From positions 62,001 through 126,000 of IMG/VR virus record IMGVR_UViG_3300017917_000952: DNA of 64,000 nt. The stretch is one strand, 5' to 3'. Under the pieces are notes generated by a model, which was not told the origin of the DNA, ran no database searches, and was given only the letters and a program-made list of their open reading frames with translations. The position numbers and the translations under genes were made by a program. Below, piece by piece: positions 6,689 to 14,312 of this stretch. The stretch's first letter is position 1, and the number at the start of each line of letters is the position of its first letter.

Positions 6689-9600
6689 ATGATCCTGAGA
6701 GAATTTTTTAAACGTACACTGTTAGAAGGTGGTAACTTAGAGATCGATGGCGCACAAGCACAACAGATCGAACTCAAGGTACATAATAGAGCATACATTG
6801 TACCTATCCTAAACACATTGTTAAATGCAATCAACGACGGCTTTCAACAAAGCCAGGGCGGGCCTCTATGGAGTGCAAAGGTATTAAAGAGTCGCAAGTA
6901 TCTTAGCGGGTCTAGCCTACACTTCTTCAATACAGATATCCCTGATGCAGAATTTGAGCGTGTAAAACCTAAAGTAGGTGACATCGACACGCAGATTAAT
7001 AAAGATGCAGAACCTCAATTAGCACAATGGTTGAATAGTGTTAAGGGGCAAGTTGTAGGAAATGCTACATTCCTAGGCTATAGTAGAGGCAACGAGCAAT
7101 ATAGCAGTCTATGGGAACTAACAGATCCTCCTATTAAAGTACAAATCGACTTTGAATTCGTTGACTATACAGAAAAAGATGAACCATCTGACTGGGCAGG
7201 CTTCAGTCACAGCAGTAGTTGGGACGACCTAAGCCAGGGTATCAAGGGTGTATTCCATAAGTTCTTAATTCAGGCATTTACAAAACTAACAACTCAAGAA
7301 TTCTTACTACGTAAAATGGTAGGTCGAGGAAAGGCTCGTGCCGAACAAGATGTTCCTACTACCGATAACATGTTCTCCTTTGCTGTTAGCAGTAAAGAGG
7401 GCGGTGGTCTACGTCCAAAATATGAGCCAGTAACAGACGAAAAAGGAAGGCCCCTTGTAGTTGACGGGCTTCCGGTCATGCGAGCACTTCCTGCAAGTGG
7501 ATACGAAAAAGATATTGGAAAAATTTTCCAAAGCGTATTTGGTAATAAAGTAAACGGCGCTGCACTAAAGAAGGTTCTTCCGAAGACATGGAGTTTCACC
7601 GGGCTATTAGATATCATGAACATGGTATTATCTCCCGAAGAGAAAGAACAAGTGTTCGACGGATTTATCGATAAACTGTTTGCTCCAGGCGCCCAGGGCC
7701 TATACAAAGGCGACCCTCAAAGAGATATGACTGAAAAGAATGCCGCAGTCAACTATGCACTTAAGGTATTAGGTATAACTCCTCCTAAGAACCTTGAGCA
7801 GATGCGTCAAGAGTATCTTAAAAATTATAAAGTAGCATCTGAAGGTGCTATGGGATTAGACCGCCCAGTTACAGAAGCAGACGAACCAGCAGTCAAGGCG
7901 CAACTGCGTAAAGGTATGCCTCACCTTCGTGATCTTAAACCTGCAGACTTCTTAGATTTAGTAGACGAACTACGTTCAGAAGGCGGTCGCTTTAAGTTAC
8001 AGAACATCCCTCTTAATGTTAAAGTCGACGGCTTTGGTGGAAGATTTGGTAAGGATTCGCAGGGTAGACCTTTTATGGGAACCAGCAGAACTGAACCAAA
8101 ATACAAAGCAGGGTTCTTAGATTATCATAAAGAAAAGGGAACTACTGATCCCGAAATCTTAGGTCGTGCGGCTAATTTCGACAAGTTATTTGAAGAAATG
8201 ATGAATGCGATTAAGATCGTAGACAGTAAATTAGGCCCAGACTTTTTGACAGACAAACAAGTAACCTGTGAAGTGTTGTTCTTGCCGTTCGCTACCCAAA
8301 CTGAAGAAGGCAAATTAAAATTTGTAGGTATCGAATACGATCAATTACCACAGGGTGTTGATCTTGTGCTAGTACCATATCGTATTGTAGAAGCAAGCAC
8401 TGGTAAAGATTTACCCGACGAGGCTGCACAACAACTTGCCAATCTTGGACAGCACGGTAGTGTTATGTTCATGAGCAATAGACTTATTCAGAAAGACGGG
8501 TTAGATGTTACTGAAATTATCAACCCGTTAGACAATTTAGAAGAACTAAAGAAAATTGTTAGCGACACTGCCGGCAAGAGAGACCGAGCTAGTTTAGAAC
8601 TTCGTAGGGAAGTTGAAGCAAAATTAAAACCAGTGCAGATCGCTCTAGAAAAAGCAATCGATGAAGATCCTAACATCATTGGCAAGGACAAACTAGGACA
8701 AGATTACGAAGGCATTGTTATTAACAGTCGACTAGGTCCTATCAAGGTCACCAGTCAACGACAAAAAGATATTATTGCACAGAAAAATGCTGCCAAGGCC
8801 GCAGCTCGTGCAGACGCCGGAAGAACTAACACCAACAAAACTGCTGTGGTTGCCATTGGAAGTTTCGTAGGCCACAAAGGTCACGAAGAACTCTGGGATT
8901 ATACTGTAAAGAAAGCGGCCGAATTGGGCGGAGATCCATATTTGTTTATGGGCAATGCTGTCGGCAAAGATGATCCTATTCCAGTTGATGTTAAACTACA
9001 GACCTGGCATAAGATGTATCCCAAGTATGCTAAAAACATTAGTGGCACAATGGCAGGTGGTACACTGATGCAAAAGATCAAACACGAGTTGATCAATCCG
9101 TTACCAGGTAAGCCTCCTCGCTATGATAATATTGTTATCATGGTTGGCGAGGATCAGGCCGGTATGAATATTGCACAAGCACTGATGAAGGCCGTTAATA
9201 AGTTTCCGGGCTATGAGCATGTTAAAGTTAGCCTAGAGCCAACACCTCGTGGTACAGGTATGAGCTTTACCAAACTACGCAACGTGTTAAAAGATCCAAA
9301 CGCTACGCCAGAACAGCAATATGCCTTATGGAGCCAAGGGTTCGACGAAGCAAAATTAGGCAAAGACTGGATTTTACACTTAATGGACATTACGAGAAAA
9401 GGTATGGGTATTACACAAAAACCAACACAGCCAGCGGCGCCTGTTCCGGTAGCAGAAACAAGACTATTCAATGCACTAGTTCGACCTTCGTTGAATGAAG
9501 ACCACAGTACAGTCGGTGGATGGGGTAAGGGTGCATACGATACCTACTCGGGCACCAGACACGGTAGGGGTGTAGCAGAAATGGACAAGAGTCAACCCAG

Positions 9601-10630
9601 CCACGGTCGTGATGGCAAGATTAGCCACAGCACCTACGGTTCAAGAGACAAAGGCGGTTCTACAGGACCTGATCGAACCGCTAAAGCAACTACGGCTGAC
9701 AAGATGATGAAACACGCTCATGACGTTATGATGAAGTCGATGAGCGATGCTGACAAGGTGAAAAAGGGATGGCGCAATCCTAACATGAAAGAGCAAGGTA
9801 TCGAAGAATACGGTGATACTGCCAAGGGTCAGAAGATGTTGACTAAAGTCCAGAAACGTGCTGTAGATAGAGTAGTATCTAAGAAAGCAGATACTGATCC
9901 AGCATACGCAAAAAAGAATAAAGCCACTGCTGACCGTGCTTGGGATAGAATGAAAGACAAGGATCTGGCAGAAGGCTGGAAAGAAAAAGTCGGAGCCGCC
10001 GCATTAGCAGGAGCAGTGGCTACAGGTGCCGGTGCTAATACTCCAAAGGTTCCACTCGACAAGGCAATTCAACAGGCAACTGCGGTATATAACATAAACA
10101 AGGCTGTTAAAAAACATAAAGAAAAAGAAGCCGAGAAGCGTAAGGCGGGCGAGAAAGAAGTTAAAGAGTCCGATAGTCCAGCAATGGCACAAACTGCTCG
10201 TCGCTTAACAGATCCTAAAGACGGTGCTGTTGCAAAACTACGTGCTGCTGGAGATAAGCGTAGAGAAGATCAATTAAAGAGTAGAGATATTGCCAAGAAG
10301 AACGAAGCAATGCTACCTAAGAGTGCTTTTTCTGGCAGCGACAAAAACAAATTAGGTTCAGCAGGACAATGGAAGAACACAGGCCCTAGTAAGAACCGCC
10401 CAGCAAGAGCAGGCGACCTAGTAGGTGGTGCTGAAGAAAGTATTGAGAAAGAAGAAAAGCAACGCCTAGATCCTAAGTGCTGGAAAGGCTATCGTAAAGC
10501 AGGCACTAAGATGAAGGGCGGTGTTCGAGTAAACAACTGCGTTCCAGTTAGCGAAGATGTTGAAAACATTTTTGCCGCTCTTATCGATAAGATTATCGTA
10601 AATGAAGCAATACAAAATAACAAGCGCTGA
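6689..10630 (+). CDS. Large multidomain protein: Pol-beta-type NTase + ligase-like adenylation domain + HxGH cytidylyltransferase-like domain + modular C-terminal tail
   Basis: SGSS...GDID...QID; KVDG...CEVL...EGIVI...IKV; GHKGH...MVGED...MSFTKLR; start MILREFF at 6689 after SD AAGGTAGG. Confidence 0.7.
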   Translation: MILREFFKRTLLEGGNLEIDGAQAQQIELKVHNRAYIVPILNTLLNAINDGFQQSQGGPLWSAKVLKSRKYLSGSSLHFFNTDIPDAEFERVKPKVGDIDTQINKDAEPQLAQWLNSVKGQVVGNATFLGYSRGNEQYSSLWELTDPPIKVQIDFEFVDYTEKDEPSDWAGFSHSSSWDDLSQGIKGVFHKFLIQAFTKLTTQEFLLRKMVGRGKARAEQDVPTTDNMFSFAVSSKEGGGLRPKYEPVTDEKGRPLVVDGLPVMRALPASGYEKDIGKIFQSVFGNKVNGAALKKVLPKTWSFTGLLDIMNMVLSPEEKEQVFDGFIDKLFAPGAQGLYKGDPQRDMTEKNAAVNYALKVLGITPPKNLEQMRQEYLKNYKVASEGAMGLDRPVTEADEPAVKAQLRKGMPHLRDLKPADFLDLVDELRSEGGRFKLQNIPLNVKVDGFGGRFGKDSQGRPFMGTSRTEPKYKAGFLDYHKEKGTTDPEILGRAANFDKLFEEMMNAIKIVDSKLGPDFLTDKQVTCEVLFLPFATQTEEGKLKFVGIEYDQLPQGVDLVLVPYRIVEASTGKDLPDEAAQQLANLGQHGSVMFMSNRLIQKDGLDVTEIINPLDNLEELKKIVSDTAGKRDRASLELRREVEAKLKPVQIALEKAIDEDPNIIGKDKLGQDYEGIVINSRLGPIKVTSQRQKDIIAQKNAAKAAARADAGRTNTNKTAVVAIGSFVGHKGHEELWDYTVKKAAELGGDPYLFMGNAVGKDDPIPVDVKLQTWHKMYPKYAKNISGTMAGGTLMQKIKHELINPLPGKPPRYDNIVIMVGEDQAGMNIAQALMKAVNKFPGYEHVKVSLEPTPRGTGMSFTKLRNVLKDPNATPEQQYALWSQGFDEAKLGKDWILHLMDITRKGMGITQKPTQPAAPVPVAETRLFNALVRPSLNEDHSTVGGWGKGAYDTYSGTRHGRGVAEMDKSQPSHGRDGKISHSTYGSRDKGGSTGPDRTAKATTADKMMKHAHDVMMKSMSDADKVKKGWRNPNMKEQGIEEYGDTAKGQKMLTKVQKRAVDRVVSKKADTDPAYAKKNKATADRAWDRMKDKDLAEGWKEKVGAAALAGAVATGAGANTPKVPLDKAIQQATAVYNINKAVKKHKEKEAEKRKAGEKEVKESDSPAMAQTARRLTDPKDGAVAKLRAAGDKRREDQLKSRDIAKKNEAMLPKSAFSGSDKNKLGSAGQWKNTGPSKNRPARAGDLVGGAEESIEKEEKQRLDPKCWKGYRKAGTKMKGGVRVNNCVPVSEDVENIFAALIDKIIVNEAIQNNKR

Positions 10631-10865
10631 TCTAAATCCAAAGCAAGATGACGATTGTTATCTTGCACCGGATGACCCTATACACGATCTAATGCCTGCT
10701 AGTATGATGGGCGGGCTAGGCAGTATGGAAGCACTTGCTAATTATAAAGCAACTATGCGACAGCCTAATTTAGGTAGCAACAAGGGACAAATACAGCGAG
10801 AACAGGGCATAAAGCCCGGAACCGAAGCGTGGTTTAAACTTTGGTTTGGAAAAGATAATAAATAA
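10602..10865 (+). CDS. Hypothetical protein
   Basis: 87-aa ORF, ends GIKPGTEAWFKLWF. Confidence 0.65.
   Translation: MKQYKITSADLNPKQDDDCYLAPDDPIHDLMPASMMGGLGSMEALANYKATMRQPNLGSNKGQIQREQGIKPGTEAWFKLWFGKDNK
10858..10864 (+). promoter_or_regulatory. T4-late-like promoter motif ATAAATA
   Basis: Upstream of dps. Confidence 0.45.
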
Positions 10866-10871
10866 CGTATC

Positions 10872-11318
10872 ATGGAACAGTTACAACAACTTGCTAAGAT
10901 TGCATTTGCTAGTGAATTTAGTTTTGCACTAAAGGCACAGAATTTTCATTGGAACGTAGAAGGTAGCGATTTCTTCGAGTACCACGCACTATTTGAAAAA
11001 ATTTATGACGAAGTTTATGGAGTTATCGACGACTTTGCAGAAAACATTCGTAAATTAAAGACCTATACACCCGCAAGTCTAAGTCGATTCAGTATGCTAT
11101 CAAGGATTGACGATGAAACTGAAATCATTCCACTTGAAGCGATGGTAAAAGAATTACTTGTAGATAACGAGCGTATGATTGTTATCTTAAAGAAAACCTA
11201 CGATGCTGCTGAGGCTGCTGGCAAGCACGGATTTAGCAATTTCTTAGCAGAGCGCATGGATGCACACGAAAAACACGGTTGGATGTTACGTGCAAGTAGC
11301 AAGGGCGGAATACAATGA
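10872..11318 (+). CDS. dps: Dps/ferritin-like DNA-protecting protein
   Basis: NFHWNVEG..F.EYHALFEKIY...IDDFAENIR; C-terminal HEKHGWML. Confidence 0.88.
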   Translation: MEQLQQLAKIAFASEFSFALKAQNFHWNVEGSDFFEYHALFEKIYDEVYGVIDDFAENIRKLKTYTPASLSRFSMLSRIDDETEIIPLEAMVKELLVDNERMIVILKKTYDAAEAAGKHGFSNFLAERMDAHEKHGWMLRASSKGGIQ

Positions 11319-11692
11319 GAGCAACTGAGTTTGTTACAGAATCACATCGTGTAATCGGCGGCGTCAAAAAACGTCAAGCGGCCGTTCAGAAAAGTGTTCA
11401 AAAGTCAAGAGATAAAGGCGGTTATGATAGAACTGCACATATGAATAGACTATGGATGGCTACTGCCATGGCCGACGGCAAGAGTCAAAAACCCGTAGAC
11501 ATGGACGCCTACAGTTGGATCGAAAAATATAATACGCAACATCCGTATACCGAAGAAGAATACAATATGTTCCGTCAGGCAGAAGCAACAGTTCCTACAG
11601 ATAGCAAAAATGTTATTTCTTGGAGTAAAAGCGAAGAGCCAAAAGATACTTATACAACAAGTCCTGTAAGTAATTGGATGAACAAAAAATGA
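11315..11692 (+). CDS. Hypothetical protein with MRATEF leader (probable head-internal protein)
   Basis: 125-aa ORF, MRATEFVTES start. Confidence 0.65.
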   Translation: MRATEFVTESHRVIGGVKKRQAAVQKSVQKSRDKGGYDRTAHMNRLWMATAMADGKSQKPVDMDAYSWIEKYNTQHPYTEEEYNMFRQAEATVPTDSKNVISWSKSEEPKDTYTTSPVSNWMNKK

Positions 11693-13119
11693 CAAACGAA
11701 TTCAAAGTAAAAAAATATAAAGACGCAACTGTCTATACTTTAGAAAGTGCATCTGCTGGTGCTACTGGTGCAGGCGCAATTGCAACAGCATCGAGCAGTA
11801 TCGGAGGCGTTCGTCGTAGAGATAATCTAATTGCCCAAGAGAGCGATACTATTAAAGTACCAGTTACACAAAAGCCTCGCCAAGGACCTTTGCGTCCTCA
11901 AACTGGTGCTGGACAACATCGTGACAAAAAGAAAGAACAAAAGCAAGGCAAAGAAAAGCATCGTAAACCATACATGGAAGAATTAAAAACTCGCCTAGCC
12001 GCTTTAAAAAATAAACTAGGCGAAAACAGCGAGCTTGCACAACAGATGATGGCTCTTGCAAGGTCTAGAGGAATGAATCCTCGAATTGCCGGTACTCCGG
12101 AACAAGAGCGCGAACGCACACAACAAATGATGGCGCAACGTGCAAAAGATAGAGAAGAAAAAGATCGACAATCTGCAAGCGATGATGCTGCTAAATTACC
12201 AGAACTAAAAGCAGAATACGATGCACTGTTTAAAAAGTATAATAGTCTAGGTGGCAGAAACTGGCAGTATGCCGACCGTGAGCAGAATTTGTCAGATAGC
12301 GAACGTGAAGCACGTAGCATAGAGCCAAAATTAAATCAATTGGCTGGTAGAATTGCTCGTGCAGAAAAATCACAAGGTGTAGCAGAAGGCGCAGAGTTCG
12401 GTGCTTACTATAGCGAACAAGTTGCACAACAAATTTTTAACAAGCGTCAGGATATCACATCTGAAGACGAAGTATTGAATCAAGCATACCACATTGTGGC
12501 CGACGAGCAAGGACAAAGACGTGCTCGTTATATGTTTAACTACGATGAAGACTTCCCAAGTGATGTTGTATCTAATTACTTCCATTTACAGAAGCAAGGT
12601 GTAGCAGAAGGTGATGCATATTTTACACATTTAGAAAACATGCTCAACGAAGATTGGCAAAAAGTTAATCGTCGAGATAAGACAGATGGCATGAGCCGAA
12701 AGGCAGTTAAGGCCTACCGTCGAGAGAATCCCGGTAGCAAATTAAAGACCGCTGTAACTACAAAGCCTAGCAAACTAAAGAAAGGAGGCAAGGCTGCAAA
12801 GCGCCGCAAGAGTTTCTGTGCTCGCATGAAGGGCATGAAGAAAGCCCATGCCAGTGCTAAGACTAAGCGCAACCCGGATAGTCCAATTAATAAGGCCTTA
12901 CGCCGTTGGAACTGCGAGGAAGATGCATACATGAACAGTCTAAACCAACAGGTCCTTGAGAAATTAAATCCTCAAGCAGATGTAGACGTATGGGTGCAGG
13001 ATTTTCAAAAAGCAGATCCTAACAAGTACAAACAATTTAAAAATAAAACTCCTCAGAAAAAAGCGCAGATGGCGGTAGCAGCACACTATGCCGCTAACGA
13101 ACCAAGTAAGAAAAAATGA
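11689..13119 (+). CDS. Modular protein with QGVAEG repeats and a basic RRKSFCARM...ALRRWNC module
   Basis: ORF track 11674-13119; probable start MTNEFK at 11689; repeated QGVAEG. Confidence 0.7.
   Translation: MTNEFKVKKYKDATVYTLESASAGATGAGAIATASSSIGGVRRRDNLIAQESDTIKVPVTQKPRQGPLRPQTGAGQHRDKKKEQKQGKEKHRKPYMEELKTRLAALKNKLGENSELAQQMMALARSRGMNPRIAGTPEQERERTQQMMAQRAKDREEKDRQSASDDAAKLPELKAEYDALFKKYNSLGGRNWQYADREQNLSDSEREARSIEPKLNQLAGRIARAEKSQGVAEGAEFGAYYSEQVAQQIFNKRQDITSEDEVLNQAYHIVADEQGQRRARYMFNYDEDFPSDVVSNYFHLQKQGVAEGDAYFTHLENMLNEDWQKVNRRDKTDGMSRKAVKAYRRENPGSKLKTAVTTKPSKLKKGGKAAKRRKSFCARMKGMKKAHASAKTKRNPDSPINKALRRWNCEEDAYMNSLNQQVLEKLNPQADVDVWVQDFQKADPNKYKQFKNKTPQKKAQMAVAAHYAANEPSKKK
12373..12611 (+). 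repeat. 17-nt direct repeat CAAGGTGTAGCAGAAGG flanking an in-frame 222-nt module
   Basis: Copies at 12373-12389 and 12595-12611; 12-nt core GGTGTAGCAGAA also at 9569-9580. Confidence 0.8.
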
Positions 13120-13622
13120 GATTCGTTGAGTTCAAAGCAAGCGATTATGAAATACATGATCGTCCGAAACTGGATAAGATCTTGCTAGAACTCTGTCACC
13201 ATATTTTGGAAGGTCAGCGTATTGATTCAAACAAATACGGGATGGTTGCGGCCTGTGTCTTAGACCCCGAAAACCGCAAAGTCTACGGTGTTAACGAGGC
13301 GGCCGGAGACAATAAAAGACGCCACGCAGAACGTGTGGCCATAGATAGATATGAGGAAAACTATGGCCAAGTACCAAAAGGCAGTATTATCATTACAACC
13401 CTAAGTCCTTGTAATGAAGACCATACTGAAATGGCCGATGGTAGATACGGTGAGAGTTGTACAGATCTAGTAAACTCGTCAAACTGTCGCAAGGTCTATT
13501 GCGGATATATAGATCCAACGCAGCACAACGACCACGAAGAATATACCTTAGAAGAAACACAAGAAGGTAAAATCAAAGAACTCTGCAAACGATTCGCAGA
13601 CACTTTTCTGAACGCAAAATAA
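13116..13622 (+). CDS. Zn-dependent cytidine/dCMP deaminase-fold protein
   Basis: HAE...TLSPC-x15-C...VYCG; 'GMVAACVLD' first strand. Confidence 0.8.
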   Translation: MRFVEFKASDYEIHDRPKLDKILLELCHHILEGQRIDSNKYGMVAACVLDPENRKVYGVNEAAGDNKRRHAERVAIDRYEENYGQVPKGSIIITTLSPCNEDHTEMADGRYGESCTDLVNSSNCRKVYCGYIDPTQHNDHEEYTLEETQEGKIKELCKRFADTFLNAK

Positions 13623-13623
13623 T

Positions 13624-13652
13624 TTGACTTCAACACTTGCGTACTATATACT
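13624..13652 (+). promoter_or_regulatory. sigma70-like promoter
   Basis: TTGACT-N17-TATACT, then AAGGAGA SD. Confidence 0.75.
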
Positions 13653-13672
13653 ATAGGACAAGGAGAATTACT

Positions 13673-13942
13673 ATGGGTAAAGCATTTGGTGCTCCAGAGC
13701 AAGCCAAAATTAAACAAATCGTAGCCGAAGGCTGCACAGTTATGCAAGAGATTCAAGATCTAACAGAAGGTCTAAATGAAACTATCAAAGCCGTGGCAGA
13801 AGAACTAGAAGTAAAACCTAGTATCATCAAAAAAGCAATTCGTATTGCAATGAAAGATCAATGGGATCAAGTGTTCCGTGAGTTCGACGATCTTGAAACT
13901 ATCGTTGACATCAGTGGTCATGCAAATCGTCGTGAAGACTAA
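13673..13942 (+). CDS. Small helical dsDNA-binding protein (T4 DsbA-like)
   Basis: Start MGKAFG at 13673 after AGGAG; size and pattern (AEELEVKPSIIKKAIRIAMK) resemble T4 DsbA. Confidence 0.5.
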   Translation: MGKAFGAPEQAKIKQIVAEGCTVMQEIQDLTEGLNETIKAVAEELEVKPSIIKKAIRIAMKDQWDQVFREFDDLETIVDISGHANRRED

Positions 13943-14241
13943 TGGACCAAATTACTAATACAATCTCTAACATTTATAATTGGGCAAAAGGCGATTATAA
14001 AGAGTGGCCTGCTCGATTTGTGTTAGAGATTACAGCGTGGTTGATGAGCCTAGGCTGCTCAATAGTTTTAGCAACTAGTGCCACCGATCCGCTGTTCTAT
14101 TGGTTGTATCCTATTTTTATTACCCAATGCGCTATCTTCGGGTGGGCGTCTTGGACTCGTAAAAGTACGGGCATGGTAGCAAATTATATTTTGTTAGTCA
14201 CAATAGATCTTGTTGGTTATATTAGACTACTAAGTAGTTAA
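13942..14241 (+). CDS. Small membrane protein
   Basis: Three hydrophobic segments. Confidence 0.65.
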   Translation: MDQITNTISNIYNWAKGDYKEWPARFVLEITAWLMSLGCSIVLATSATDPLFYWLYPIFITQCAIFGWASWTRKSTGMVANYILLVTIDLVGYIRLLSS

Positions 14242-14252
14242 GAGTAAGGTTA

Positions 14253-14299
14253 GATCAGCCACAAATGATCATGTTGGTATGTGTCAGCCTCAAATGACA
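14253..14299 (+). promoter_or_regulatory. Twin 5-bp-stem/8-nt-loop hairpins upstream of DNA polymerase SD (putative translational operator)
   Basis: GATCA-GCCACAAA-TGATC (14253-14270) and TGTCA-GCCTCAAA-TGACA (14282-14299), then AGGAG (14301-14305). Confidence 0.6.
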
Positions 14300-14312
14300 T
14301 AGGAGAAAATTA

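Noticed and set aside
12373-12611. CRISPR-like or IS target-site repeat
   Set aside because: Only two copies, in-frame within a CDS, with no transposase or spacer array
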